Part shown: piece after piece, positions 1-16,997 of the stretch
Numbering within the stretch: position 1 is the first letter of the stretch
Layout: the number at the start of each line of letters is the position of its first letter
NCBI GenBank assembly: GCA_951406725.2
Contig: OX597830.1
Location: 63,550,001 to 63,614,000, forward strand
From: Octopus vulgaris
Lineage: Eukaryota
DNA length: 64,000 nucleotides
Direction of reading: 5' to 3'
Notes under the pieces: generated by a model
What the model saw: the letters and a program-made list of their open reading frames with translations, nothing else
What the model was told of the DNA's origin: nothing
Databases searched by the model: none
Position numbers and translations under genes: made by a program

Positions 1-37
<37 letters not shown>

Positions 38-65
38 GAGGGGATCTTGCAGGCAGATATATATA

Positions 66-202
66 TATATATAATTGTTAAAGAGGATAACAATTGTTAA
101 TGCAAGGCAAACATCTCAAGTCATATACAGTATTATTATTAGAAACGACTTGAGATGTTTGCCTTGCCTTAATGTTTTCTGTCCTGTTTAACAATTATAT
201 AT
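66..202. repeat. Short fold-back element in (TA)n
   Basis: aaggcaaacatctcaagtc mirrors gacttgagatgtttgcctt, and ataattgttaaa mirrors tttaacaattat. Confidence 0.7.
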
Positions 203-341
203 CTGCTGCATTGGAAACCTGCAATGGCTCCATAACTACTGTCTCGGCTGTAACCTTGGAGTGCTGTAATCCTTTACAGCACTTACCTAGCATACCTAAT
301 CGTTTAGATCAAACTGTGAACTAAAATCCCATACTTTGTAT

Positions 342-408
<67 letters not shown>

Positions 409-412
<4 letters not shown>

Positions 413-707
413 GGCAAATTTGTTGTTGAAAATGCACCTAAATTTGAAAAACATTTAAACTTGTCAACATCAAAATTTCTGAACATGTTTTTCTAATTCA
501 TATTCTAAATTTGTCTGTTATGAAGATTTTAATTTGTCAACATTGAAACTTTTAAAGATGTTTTTCTAATTCATAACTTTAAATTTTTACCAGTGATAAA
601 CAAAAAATATCGTTGAAACTAGTTTGTTATATATGTAAATAATTTCATTTTAAACAATTACAAGTTTTTCAAATTTAGGTGTATTTTCAACCACAAATTT
701 GCCTATA
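409..707. mobile_element. MITE-like element with ~45-bp terminal inverted repeats
   Basis: TATAGGCAAATTTGTTGTTGAAAATGCACCTAAATTTGAAAAAC ... GTTTTTCAAATTTAGGTGTATTTTCAACCACAAATTTGCCTATA, TA-flanked, with internal subrepeats. Confidence 0.75.
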
Positions 708-741
708 TTTTTCCTCTCATGGAAATACACTCCCTCTTTTG

Positions 742-785
<44 letters not shown>

Positions 786-2083
786 AGAGGATATTGCAGG
801 CAGAAACTGATAAAAGCCCGTCATTATATATATGTATGGGCTTTTTTTTAGTTTCTGCTTGCAAGACCCTCTCAAAAGGGCTTTGGTTGGCTGGAAGCTA
901 ATAGCAGAAAGCACTTGTCCAAGGTGCCATGCAGTAGAACTGAACCTGAAACCATGTGGTCAGTGAGGAAATGGTCTTACTACATAGCCATGCCCATATT
1001 GATATAAATAAATCTATCAATTGATAGTGAAATGCTCATCAGTGTTTCAAGCTCTCTTTAATGATTTCCTCTTACAGTTCAGTGCCTGTTTTACAGCTAA
1101 ATGGTCTGAGCTACCATTTGAAATTTCCACTATCTTGGTCATACTTTTTCTTTTTCTCTTATCAACCTGGATTCTCTTTTTCCTTCTTGCTCCATTGCCC
1201 TTCTCCTCTTTCTCTCTCTCACCTTCTCTCTCTCCACTATCTCCTCTCATTCTTTTTCTTCTCTTTTTCTCTAAGCCAATCTCTCCCCTCTCTCTCTTAC
1301 ACACTTCCTTGCTTTATTTCTCTCTCTTTCTCTTTTGTGCTCTATTTCTCTTTCCCTCTTATTCATTCTCACTCTTTCTCTCTCTCTCTCTTGCTCTGTA
1401 TCTCATTTCTCTCTCTCTCTCTTACTTATTCACTACTTGTCTTTTTCCCCTCTCTTTTTCTCTTCCTATATTCTTTTCCTCTTTCTTTCTTATCTACTCT
1501 ATCTACTCTCTCTCTCTCTCTCTGCCACTCTATTTCTCATTCCTACTTTCACTTTTATGTACACTCTACCTCTCCCTTTCTCCCTGTCTATCACCCCCCC
1601 TCCGTGTCTCTGTTTCCTTCTCCTCCTCCAGTGTCCTCTCTCCACCTACTCCTTCATCAAAATCTCCACCTTGTGCCAAATCAAAAGAAATCACCATCAA
1701 ACAGGAAGTAAGATTCATTAATCAACTCCTCCCCTTCCCCCTGTCATTGACTGAAGTAGTGTTGAGATGGCCAACTGGATAAGCTAGTAGTCTACTCACT
1801 CTCAGTGTATGAGTTCAAACCCCAGCCTTTTTCGCTATGTTTAGCAGTAACATTTCATTCAACATTACCTCACTTCACAAACTGTAAATGAAACTGGAAT
1901 GAGACAATTTGAAAGCATTATCTGTGAAAGGTTAGCTTCTTATCAAGCAGGAAGCTTGTATTTCATACACTTTGACCTGTGAGAACAAACACTGATTCTT
2001 AAAAGCTCTTTGGGGCTTAGCAAGTGCACGTGTGCCACACACACACACACACACACAACAAATCAAAGGATGGTATATCTTCA

Positions 2084-2316
2084 AGGCGGAGAGCTGGCAG
2101 AAACGTTAGCATGTCGGGCGAAATGCTTAGCGGTATTTCGTCTGCCGTTATGTTGTGAGTTCAAATTCCGCCGAGGTCGACTTTACCGTTCATTCTTTCG
2201 GGGTCGATAAATTAAGTACCAGTTACGCACTAGGGCCGATGTAATCGACTTAATACCTATGTCTGTCCTTGTTTGTCCCCTCTATGTTTAGCCCCTTCTG
2301 GGTAATAAAGAAATAG
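2084..2316 (+). mobile_element. tRNA-derived SINE family A (Nin/Deu-like domain), representative copy
   Basis: GAGCTGGCAGAAACGTTAGC...GAGTTCAAATTCC...GTCGACTT...GGGGTCGATAAATTAAGTACCAG. Other copies near 9355, 9600, 11452, 17335(-), 21676, 53125, 53417, 56708, 59600-60010, 62768 and 62985. Confidence 0.8.
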
Positions 2317-2845
2317 GTATATCTTCAAATTTTTCTTTTAATTTAACAATTAGTCATACAGCATAATTAGTTAAGTCATTATGCGTGTATGTGTGCACGC
2401 ATGTGTACACATCATATATGTGTAAGTGTGTGTGTGTGTGTGTGTGTTTATATATATATATATATATATATAAAATACAAAATGGGACAAGAACGCAAAA
2501 CATCCGGAAAACTAGGTGATACAAAAAGGGACAACAAAACATCCAGAGAGACGATACAAAAAACCAAGGACGAGTCGTTCGAATGTATATATACAAGGTG
2601 GGGCTGGAAAGTTCTTGGCTTTAAGGGTATTGTGAAAGGCTTGGTTGGAGGCTCAACCGTCTGAGTCCTTTTAATGGGCTTAGTAAAACTGAGGGGCTGC
2701 TGTGGTAAGTGTGTGAATCTGAAGGGGGAATATGTTCAATGAAATCATAATTAACTGATGCCCTTGTATTTTCTTTTACCCAAAGCCAGGAACTTTCCAG
2801 CATCCCCTAAACACACACACACACACATATATATTATAGTGGTGT

Positions 2846-2933
2846 AGGCCAGTTTATGGGGTTACCCTGGGTTTCTTGCTCATATGGGGTTTAGCTTTAT
2901 GGCATATCTTCAGACCCCAAACCATGCTGGCCT
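2846..2933 (-). ncRNA. Type I hammerhead ribozyme motif (intact core)
   Basis: Minus strand: GGGGT CTGAAGA [TGC-CATA...TATG-A-GCA] GAAAC CCAGG GTA ACCCC. Stem I is extended by AGGCCAG/CTGGCCT beyond an internal loop. Confidence 0.8.
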
Positions 2934-3320
2934 GAGACCTCTTTAAAATATGGAGGGGAGAAAATACCTCATTTTAAAGTTAAAAATCCCAGGTGATTAT
3001 CAATCTCCGACTGTATCACCATCTTGCAGTCACCAAAGCACCATGTACTTATTCTATCGGTCTCTTTTGCCGCACTGCTAAGTTATGGGGATGTAAACAC
3101 GGGGTGGGGGGAACAAACACAGACACACGAATACACACACACACACACACATGACGAGCTTATTTCAGTTTTTGTCTACCAAATCCACTTTCAAAGCTTT
3201 AGTAGAAGATACTTGCTCAAGGTGCGACGCAGTGGAACTGAACCCGGAACCATGTGGTTGGGAAGCGAGCTTCTTACCACACAGCCACCCCTGCATCTAT
3301 AGTTTCTTTTTATTGTTACC

Positions 3321-3395
<75 letters not shown>

Positions 3396-3723
3396 AACTC
3401 ATTTACACTTATCTAAAACTGTTTACAATCTATTTTCTATTTTGAGGTATATACATATATACATACATGTATAACTGTATAAATGTTTACAACACTTTAG
3501 TTAGGTGTATAGACTAACTTCTGTATACACACACACTCACACACATACACATATATTTGTAACTATTTCCATCATTCTAATTAGGCACATGTGTATCCAC
3601 GTACTCACACATATAGATATATATATACACACACGTACATGAACATATATATCAGATTGTTTACCCAATCTATTCAGAGAAGTGTGTTTAATGTGTGTGT
3701 GTGTATAATATTATATATACATT

Positions 3724-3766
<43 letters not shown>

Positions 3767-3779
3767 ATATGTTTGTCTG

Positions 3780-3822
<43 letters not shown>

Positions 3823-3845
3823 ATATGTGTACACATATATATATG

Positions 3846-3918
<73 letters not shown>

Positions 3919-3952
3919 TTAAATGCACATATATATGTTTAAATGTAAATGC

Positions 3953-3988
<36 letters not shown>

Positions 3989-4489
3989 TTGTGGCATCGA
4001 TGTCTTCCCCACCCCACCCCTCACAATCACTGAAAAATAAAAATAAATCTATCAAAGGTCTATCTATTTGCTGGTTGGTGAGGTTGATACTGATAGCAGG
4101 CGGGGTGGGGTGGGGGTAATGGACTGGGGTTGATACTGTCGGTAGCCAGGTGGGGGTGTAATGATAAATCAATAGAGCTCACCAAGATTTTTGGCAGCTG
4201 TAATTAATATGAAAATATCAGTAGGATATTTGTATACTCACACACACACACACACACATGCAAGAGTATATTTGCATTTAAGGAGAGGGAGAGGAAGAAG
4301 AATTGAGAGAGAAATAGGAAGAAAAGAGAGAGACAGAGAGGGAAAGAGTAAGAAGAATATGATGGTAGAGAAGCAGGCATAGAAAGAGGGGGATAGAGGA
4401 CAGTTGTGGAGAGATTGATGTGGAAGATAGGAGAGTAAGGCTAAAGAGAAGAGGAAGATTGTGGTAGAAGAAAGGTGAGAGAGATCTAG

Positions 4490-6480
4490 GAAGATTTGTT
4501 GTGGACAAACAGATGTTAGGAGACAGGTACTGACAGATGTAAACAGATACGAACAAACAAATGTAATGAGACAGGTACAGACAGATAGGTGTAGACTGGT
4601 ATGGACAGACAGATGTAAGGAGACAGGTACAGACAGACAGATGTAAGGAGACAGGTACAAGCAGACAGATGTAAGGAGACAGATGTTAAGGGAACAAGTC
4701 AGACACAAATGTAAGGAGACAGGTACAGACAGACAGATGTAAGGAGACAGGTACAGACAGACAGATGCAAGGAGACAGGTACAGACAGACAGATGTAAGG
4801 AGACAGGTACAGACAGACAGATGCAAGGAGACAGGTACAAACAGACAGATGTAAGGAGACAGGTACAAACAGACAGATGTAAGGAGACAGGTACAAGCAG
4901 ACAGATGTAAGGAGACAGGTACAAACAGACAGATGTTAGGAGACAGGTACAAACAGACAGATGCAAGGAGACAGATACAAACAGACAGATGCAAGGAGAC
5001 AGGTACAGACAGACAGATGCAAGGAGACAGGTACAGACAGACAGATGTAAGGAGAAGGTACAAACAGACAGATGTAAGGAGACAGGTACAGACAGACAGA
5101 TGTAAGGAGACAGGTACAAGCAGACAGATGTAAGTAGACAGGTACAAACAGACAGATGTAAGGAGACAGGTACAGACAGACAGATGTAAGGAGACAGGTA
5201 CAAACAGACAGATGCAAGGAGACAGGTACAGACAGACAGATGTAAGGAGACAGGTACAAACAGACAGATGTAAGGAGACAGGTACAAACAGATAGATGTA
5301 AGGAGACAGGTACAGACAGACAGATGTAAGGAGACAGGTACAGACAGACAGATGTAAGGAGACAGGTACAAACAGACAGATGTAAGGAGACAGGTACAAA
5401 CAGACAGATGTAAGGAGACAGGTACAAGCAGACAGATGTAAGGAGACAGGTACAAACAGACAGATGTAAGGAGACAGGTACAAGCAGACAGATGTAAGTA
5501 GACAGGTACAAACAGACAGATGTAAGGAGACAGGTACAAGCAGATAGATGTAAGTAGACAGGTACAAACAGACAGATGTAAGGAGACAGGTACAGACAGA
5601 CAGATGCAAGGAGACAGGTACAGACAGACAGATGCAAGGAGACAGGTACAGACAGACAGATGTAAGGAGACAGGTACAGACAGACAGATGTAAGGAGACA
5701 GGTACAAACAGACAGATGCAAGGAGACAGGTACAAACAGACAGATGTAAGGAGACAGGTACAGACAGACAGATGTAAGGAGACAGGTACAGACAGATGTA
5801 AGGAGACAGGTACAAACAGACAGATGTAAGGAGACAGGTACAAACAGACAGATGTAAGGAGACAGGTACAAGCAGACAGATGTAAGTAGACAGGTACAAA
5901 CAGACAGATGTAAGGAGACAGGTACAAACAGACAGATGCAAGGAGACAGGTACAGACAGACAGATGTAAGGAGACAGGTACAAACAGACAGATGTAAGGA
6001 GACAGGTACAAACAGACAGATGTAAGGAGACAGGTACAAGCAGACAGATGTAGAGGTACGAACAGATAGATGTAAGGAGACAGGTACAAACAGACAGATG
6101 TAAGGAGACAGGTACAGACAGACAGATGTAAGGAGACAGGTACAAACAGACAGATGTAAGAAGACAGGTACAGACAGAAAGATGTAAGGAGACAGGTACA
6201 GACAGACAGATGTAAGAAGACAGGTACAGACAGAAAGATGTAAGGAGACAAGTACAAACAGACAGATGTAGACAGGTATGGACAGACAGATGTAAGGAGA
6301 CAAGTACAGATAAACAGATTTAAGTTGACAGGTACAGATGTATGCAGACAAGTGCAAGTGAAATATGCAGACAGATACAAGATAGACAGATAGACATGTG
6401 GCAGATATATAGACCGATGCAAAGTACTCAGACAAACAGACAGATAGACCTAAAGTAGACAGACAGATAGAAAAAAGACG
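4490..6480. repeat. 28-bp minisatellite (AGACAGGTACAGACAGACAGATGTAAGG)n
   Basis: About 60 tandem units with degenerate edges. Explains the three long - strand ORFs with 28-aa periodicity. Confidence 0.95.
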
Positions 6481-7366
6481 GACAAATTAAATGTAAGCCA
6501 AACAACTACAAGAAGACACATGTAGGAAGACACAGTCAGACACGAGTAGAGGGATAGAGAGACATGTGTAAAGAGACAAGCAGACAATTATAGGGAGACA
6601 GAGAGACATGTGTAACAGGGAGACACAAGTGTATTTAGAGTGATGGAAGAAGCAATGGAAAGTGAAGAAAAATTGATTATTCTTCAATAGTGAAATGTCC
6701 AATGTTGTGTGGTTGGTCGAACAGAAAGAAAAGGAATAAAAAAAAAAAATGACATGAAAAAGAGAAAGAGAGAGAAAAATGTCTGAATGAAAATAGCTAC
6801 ATGGAACTAGTTTTTCTAACATAGTGCAATTTAACAACCGTATGCACACACGCATGCATATAAATGCACATGTATAAAATACAATACATATATATATACT
6901 TATACACAACCATGTGTACATATGTATGCAAATATGTAACTGTACGTGTGTGTGTGTGTATATATATTTATATATATATATACACACACTTACACATACA
7001 TACATATATACTCACACACACACACATATATTCACTTATGCACAAACATATACATACATAAACAAATATATGCGCATATGCATACATACGAATGTACATA
7101 TGTATATTCATTTAGAGACACAAACACACGGACACACGGACACACACACGCTTCCATACACTAATACACAGTTTCAGCGATATAACACTAAATTCTTTAC
7201 CCCCCTCCCCCCTTCCCACCACTCCTCCAATATCAAACAAGTCTCTGTACTTTACCAAAATCTTGTAATTAACATCTTTAACAAGTTTTCTTACTGATTG
7301 TTTTGTTTTTATTTTGGCTTTCTTCTTTCTTGCTCTCTTTCATTTTTTTTTTTATTAAATTCAACT

Positions 7367-7397
<31 letters not shown>

Positions 7398-7789
7398 CAT
7401 TTCCCCCTCTCTGTCTTTCTCTTCCTTTCTCTTTCTCTCCCATTCGCTTTCAATTTCTTTCTCATTCTTTCTACCTTTTCCTCTTCTCTTTTCCTTTGGC
7501 TCTCCTCTTTTCCTCTTCCTCTGTTCTTTACTTTTTGCTCTTTTTCTGTCTCTCTCTTTCTCTCTGTGTCTTTCTCTTCCTTTCTCTTTCTCTCCCATTC
7601 GCTTTCAATTTCCTTCTCATTCTTTCTACCCCTTCCTCTTCTCTTTTCCTTAGGCTCTCCTCTTTTCTTCTTCTTCTGTTCGTTACTTTCTCTCTCTCTC
7701 TCTCTTTCCCAACTTCTTATTCGTTTTCTTGTCTCTTCCTTTTCTTTTTTCTTCTTCTTTTGATTCTTCTTTCTTCTTCTTCTATTCAT

Positions 7790-7830
<41 letters not shown>

Positions 7831-8394
7831 CACACACACACATCTGTCTTTTTCTTTCTGCTTCTTGCTCTCAATATTTCCCTCCTTCTCATTCATCCTC
7901 TCCTTCTTCTCTCTCTGTCTCTCCTTCAACAAACAGTAGAGATCTACATGAAGCTAGCATTAGTTATTTCCGAGTATTTCTTCCAGTTTAAAACAGAAAA
8001 TGTTCCTTGGTTTCTGTTTTTCGTTTCTGTTTTTTCTTTTCTAATGTTGGTCTTGAAACTCTGGCAAACTCTACTTCATAATAATCATCATGTTTTGTCA
8101 CTCTGCCAGTTTCTCTGTCCGTTTGTCTCTTTCTTTCTCTCTGTCTCTTAGATCTTTGTCTTAGGGAGCCAGAAAGATGAACACCATCAGCACCACAAGA
8201 ATCATCATCGTCATCATCATCATCATCATTGTCATCACCACCACCACCACAATGATAGTAACGGTGATGATAATGCTTTCTTACATACACAAGATATACA
8301 CACAAACATACACACATGCAAAGACAGACATACATGCAAACTCATACACATACATACACACACACAAACTCACACACACATACACACACATGCT

Positions 8395-8463
<69 letters not shown>

Positions 8464-8706
8464 CAATTTTTCAGTATATAATGAATGTTTCATGTCAATT
8501 GTACGATATATTCCAAGGAAATCTGATCCAAAAATTGTCATTAAACATGAAAAATGCTAAAGAATGCTGAGTGAAACCAGAACCAAAAGAGACAATCCTG
8601 GGTGGCACCGAGTGTAAAACTCTCACAAAATATTCTTTGCCATATTCTGCTATCAACCTTGACAACTGTGTGTGCATGTGTGCACACATGTGTGTTTGTG
8701 AATGTG

Positions 8707-8737
<31 letters not shown>

Positions 8738-9252
8738 ACACTTGCACAGTTACGTTTTCCTACGTAGGCATTTCTGTGAGTGCATATTGATGTGTATGTG
8801 TGTGTATATGTGTGCTTCTGTGTGTGCGTCTGTGTTTGTGTATATAAAGCTATGAATGTTTCTGCTTCTGTATGTGTTTGTGTTAGGATTCTGTGTGAAG
8901 AGTTGAGCATATCCACAAGTACCAGTTGAGTGCTGGGGTTAATGTAATCAACTTCCCTGAAATTGCTGGCCTTGTGCCTAAATTTGAAACCATTGTCGTC
9001 ATCGTCGCAGCCGCCACCGTCATTGTCGTTGTTGATGACGACGGCTGAGTGAGCAATGCATGCCATCAAAGTGACACTGGGGTACAAATGTATGAAGCCC
9101 AATATACTTACCATATTTATATCTGTCTGATAGGGGTACATCAAGCACATGCATCACAACCATATGTGCAGGGCATGGCAATCTCATAAACAGTGCATGA
9201 TCTTGCAGGTGGGGCCCAGTTAGAATTTTCTATGGGTTGAGTAGTCCATCCC

Positions 9253-9308
<56 letters not shown>

Positions 9309-9821
9309 TGTTGTTGTTATTATTATTATCATTACTATTGTTATTATTATTATTAGGCAAGAGCTGGCAGAATTGTTAGCTTGCTGAGTGAAAAGCTTAG
9401 TGGCATTTTGTCTGTCCTCACGTTTTCTGACTTCAAATCCTACCGAGGTCAACTTTGCCTTTCATCCTCTTGGGGTTAATAAAATGGGTACCAGTCAAAC
9501 ACTGGGGTTGATATACCCAACTTCTCCCCTTCCCAGAAACTGTTGGCCTTGTGCCACAGTTTGAAACCATTATTATTATTAATATTAATAATAAGCTGAG
9601 CTGGCAGAGTTGTTAGCACACCGGGTGAAATTTTTAGCAGTATTTCATTTGTTTTTACAGTCTGAGTTCAAATTTCACTATGGCCAACTTTGTCTTTCAT
9701 CCTTTTGGGGTCAAAAAGATAAGTTCCTGATGAGTACTGGTGTCGATGTAATAGACTATCATCTTCCCCCTAATTTCAAGCCTTGTGCCTATAGTAGAAG
9801 GTATTATTATTATTATTATTA

Positions 9822-11450
9822 TCTTCGTTCAATTCTGTTTCCATTTCTTGCTGAGTGTTTTCCTGTCTCCTAAGCTAGAGAAACGCACTGTATACATTGG
9901 TAGGCCATTAAAATAAACACATTAGATTGTTCATTTACCAAATCATGTGATAGAATGAAGGGGAAGAAAGACAGAGAAAAAGGAAAAAGAATAAAAAATA
10001 AAAAAATGTAAACAAAAAATAAAGTGGGGAAAAGGAAAGAAAATTCACAGCGACAATGCTCTTCTCAGTACGTGTGAGGTACCAGGTAAGTCAATCTTTC
10101 GCGCTTCCTGCATGGATGGTAAGCTAGGGATCATTCTTAAATCAATTTCAGTTCCTCTTTTTATCATTCCAAGTACTCCTACAATCACTGGTATTGTGAC
10201 CGTCTTGAGATGCCACATCTTTTTGATTTCGGTGAGCAAATCCTATTTTTTTTCTGAGCTTATCAAATTTGCTTGCCAAGATATTATGGTTACTGGGTAT
10301 GCTCATGTCAATCAATAAACAGACTTTATTGTTTTTGTCCTTCATAACAATATCTGGTTTATTTGCTTTGATGGTCCAGTCTGTACATACTGGGAAGTCC
10401 CAAAGAATCGTTACATTTGCTCCCTTAGTTACAGCCTCAGAGTGGCGCTTGTACCATATGTCAGTAGTTTTGATTTTATAATGCCAACACATTATCCATT
10501 GTAGATATTGGCCAACTCGGTCATGTCTTGATCTGTACTCTACAGGTGCTAAAACCTTACACCCAGAAATTAGGTGATCCACTGTTTCAATCCCATAATT
10601 GCAGTATCGGCACTTTGGGTCTACACCATTTTTCCTCATATTAGTTTGATAGTTCTGGGTCAATAAGCTCTGATCTTGAGCAGCCAAGATAAAGCCACCA
10701 CTCTCTGCCTTTAGCCCTGAGCTCCATAGCCACTGATGGGTATGCTTCCGGTCTATATCAGCTTATTCGCTACAAGCCACACACTTGGCACGCAGAGGCT
10801 TTTGCTCCCACCTATCAGCCAATGTGTTTTGCTATTGATTTCACCTTCTTCGCAATTACAGTTGCCACACTTCCATCATGCTGTTCACCCTGGGTATTAT
10901 GAATAAACTCACTTGAAAATTTTTTACTCTCCTTCATAACAGAATGAAGCTTCTTAGGTCTTTCATGGTTTGCAACAAGCTATAGCATCCTGTAGTTAGA
11001 TGTTTCAAGATATTTTGCCAGTTCAATTGTGGTGGTTTTGTAAGAGATTTCAAACTGGATCAAGCCTCAATCTCCTTGAGCTCTGGGTAGGTAAAGATGT
11101 TCTGCGTCTGCCTTTGGCCAGTGCATCATATTGCAAGTCAACAGCTCACCGATTTTCTTGTCAGTCTTCCTTATTTCGCTCATATTCCAGTTCAACACAT
11201 TGAAACTGTAAATAACAATCAGAGCTGCTAAAGAATTTATAGCTAACACCTTGTTACATGCATTTAACTTGGATTTTAGGACTGCTCAAACTCTCCTGTA
11301 ACACTCCTTCCTGATCTTATCTCAAATGCTTGCATGCTGGATGTCAGAGCCCTCATTTAATCCGAGGTATTTGTAAGTTTGTTCCTGCTAGAGTTCGTGA
11401 CTGTGTCAACAGCCAACACCTCTGAATGTGAGGTCTTATTACTTTTACTC
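9822..11450 (-). mobile_element. 5'-truncated, decayed R4/Dong-clade non-LTR retrotransposon (RLE type)
   Basis: AAQDQSL, CCHC knuckle CRYC...ETVDHLISGC, RHD and restriction-like endonuclease KPDIV...LLID, then IPVIVGVLG. Has frameshifts. The 3' end abuts (TAA)n. Confidence 0.88.
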
Positions 11451-12339
11451 AGGTGGTGAGCTGGCAGAATCATTAAGCACGCTGGACGGAATGCTTAGCA
11501 GTATTTCGTCCATCACTACGTTCTGAGTTCCAATTCCACCGAGGTCGACTTTGCCTTTCATCCTTTCAGGGTCGATAAGTTAAGTACCAGTTGAACACTG
11601 GGGTTGATGTAATCGACTATCTCCCTCCCCCAAATTTCAGGCCTTGTGCCTATAGTAGAAAGGATTATTATTATTATTATTGAGTGAGAGAGCAGTTCAT
11701 GCCATCAAAGTGACACTGGGGTAAAATATACGAAGCCCAATATACCCATCATGACTACCCGGCTGATAAGGGTACACCAGGCACATGCATCACAACCATA
11801 TGTGCGCGACATGGTGATCTCATATTATTATTATTATTATCATTATTATTTATTTTGACACTACACACATTTTTCCCTCCAGCCATCAAGTAGTATTGTA
11901 TTCTCTTTCTCTCTTTCTCACTCTCTCTCTCTCTCTCTCCCTCTCCCTTTTGCTCTCCATTTCCTTGTGTCATATCCACTCTCTCCACCTCTTACATTTC
12001 CTAGGTACTTGTTTGTATTCCTCAGCTCCACTTGAAATAAAACTCAGCCAACTTCCTGTTTACGGTGGTGAAAAGTGAAATTTAGAAAAGCCAACGCTGA
12101 AAGTGAAACAGAAAACTAGAAAACGGTGTTGTTTTGTGTGAAATACCCGTTTTTTTTCTGTTTCTTTTTTCTCTTTTTGCTTTGAAAAGTCATTTTGTTC
12201 TTTGTTCGTTTATTTATTGTTCCATAAATCATTAGTTTTCCCAGGTTAGCATGGCTGGAACACGTTTTCGAAATTATGCCAATGGTTAAGTAAAATAAGG
12301 TCATTGTGAAGTGAGCGTTAGCTGTGGACTTGCCATTAA

Positions 12340-14400
<2,061 letters not shown>

Positions 14401-15721
14401 CAATATAATATAGTGTACATTTAAATGCAAGAGAAAACTACCTTTAACAGGTAATTTTTACATGCTAGAAGAAGCAGTCAAAACAGCCAAAACCACATTT
14501 AAGAGCAATTTTGGAAGGAAATGAAAAATAAAAACTTCTACCTTGTTATTTTTTTTTCTTTTTTATATATCAATGTATATATAATTAGGCTTCAGCAAAC
14601 TAGTTTCTGTGTCATTACTCGTAATGCACATGGATAATTGAGGAAGAATGCATGTTCTCACTCGTCTGTGGCTGTGTGGTAAGTAGCTTGCTTACCAACC
14701 ACATGATTCCGGGTTCATTCCCACTGCGTGGCACCTTGGGCAAGTGTCTTGTATAGCCTCGGGCCGACCAAAGCCTTGTGAGTGGATTTGGTAGATGAAA
14801 ACTGGAAGAAGCCCGTCGTATATATGTATGTGTATATGTTTGTGTGTCTGTGTTTGTCCCCCCACCATTGCTTGACAACCGATGGTGGTGTGTTTACGTC
14901 CCCATAACTTAGCGGTTCAGCAAAAGAGACTAATAGAATAAGTACTGGGCTTACAAAGAATAAGTCCTGGGGTCGATTTACTCGACTAAAAGGTGGTGCT
15001 CCAGCATGGCCGCAGTCAAATGACTGAAACAAGTAAAAGAGAGTAAAAGAGTATATAGGAATGTTTACCTTGGATGAATATCTACAACATCTGAACCAAC
15101 TAAATGCAAGTAAATACTACATTGAATGACATTAGGATACTTATGCAGCAGAAACCCGTGTCAGACTGGAGCATAAAGAGTAATGTAATAAACAAATGTT
15201 GAAGATGCATACACACACCGGACAGGCTTCTTTCAGTTTCCATCTACCAAATCCTCTCACAGGGCTTTGGTCGGCCTGAATCTATAGTAGAAGACACTTG
15301 CCCAAGGTGCCACGCAGTGAGACTTAACCCAGAACTGTGTGGTTGGGAAGCAAACTTCTTGCTACAGACACAGACACACAGACACAGTTATATATAATCT
15401 AATATCTATATTATATATATGTATGTATATAATACAATTTTTCTGAATCTTCAGATTTTTCTATATGCTAGACCACTGATTTTAAACTGATATTAATCAA
15501 ATTCATATTCAATTTTTCACCATTATTATTTTAAATATATATATATATATTAGTAATTTGTGGTAAATCATTTTACCTTCGCCTATATAATACAGTAAAT
15601 GAATTGATTGCATCGCAATCCTTAACATTTATGTATTAACTTTGTTGGGTACTTCACTAGCAGTATATTGGATATATGTTATCCCATGGAGGGTTGCATT
15701 TACAACCCCTATCTCAATTTG

Positions 15722-15754
<33 letters not shown>

Positions 15755-16014
15755 TATGATAAATAATTTTAAATCACTTGTGATTACCTGTTTGTACACG
15801 CATAGAAACACACACATGCACATTCACACCCACACGTGTGTGCATGCACACACGCACATACACACACATATAAGTATAAATATGTGTGTGTGTGTGTCTA
15901 TGTATAACAGTGTTATGATATTGGGTACATAAATATACTCATCTGTGCGTGCGTGTGTGTTTGTGAGATTGCATGTATGTTTATTTTATATATGTATGTA
16001 TATTTCTGTCACAT

Positions 16015-16054
<40 letters not shown>

Positions 16055-16958
16055 TTGTACATGTCTACATGGAAATAATTGTATGACTTCATAAAATGTT
16101 CTTATTGAAGGTTTATAATTTTCTTGTAATTATGTTTTCTAATTTAATCTCATTAGGGATTAAGTCTAATAACAATAGATATTTAGGTACATAACTTATT
16201 GCCAGTAGGGAACAGCAAGCATAGTGGTGGTGATGGTGGTGGTGATGGTGGTGATGGTGGTGGTGGTGGTGGTGGTGGTGATGGTGGAGAAACATAAAAT
16301 ATAATAATATAAGGAGCCTTTGTTTCATTCTCACCTTAAAACATTTGTAAATAAAGCTTTCATCTAAAAATAGATCAAATATTGATTTAAAACCCTTGAC
16401 AGAAGGCCAATGAATTGTATGTGGAGGCACGTGGCCTAGTGGTCAATGTGTAGGACTCGTGATTGTAAGATTGTGGTTTCACTTCCTGGACTGGATGACA
16501 CAGTGTGTTCTTGAGCTAAATATTTCATTTCACATTCCTTCAGTCCACTCACCTGTATACATGCTTAAAGCTTACTAACTTCCTTTATCAGGATCTTTTG
16601 GATTGCACTACCCATGACTGAGACTCTCCTCTCCTCTCTCTCTAGAGTGAGAGAGAGAGAGAGAGAGAGAGAGTTTGAAGTGATGTACAGATATTATATA
16701 TTTAGTATATTAAAATAGTCAGAATGTTTGATGATTATATACTCTTTTACTCTTTTACTCTTTTACTTGTTTCAGTCATTTGACTGCGGCCATGCTGGAG
16801 TACCGCCTTTAGTCGAGCAAATCGACCCCGGGACTTATTCTTTGTAAGCCCAGTACTTATTCTATCAGTCTCTTTTTGCCGAACCGATAAGTGACGGGGA
16901 TGTAAACACACCAGCATCGGTTGTCAAGCGATGCTAGGGGGACAAACACAGACACACA

Positions 16959-16997
<39 letters not shown>

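Noticed and set aside
4238-6435. ORFs of 499-635 aa on the - strand
   Set aside because: A 28-bp minisatellite yields the same peptide in all three frames.
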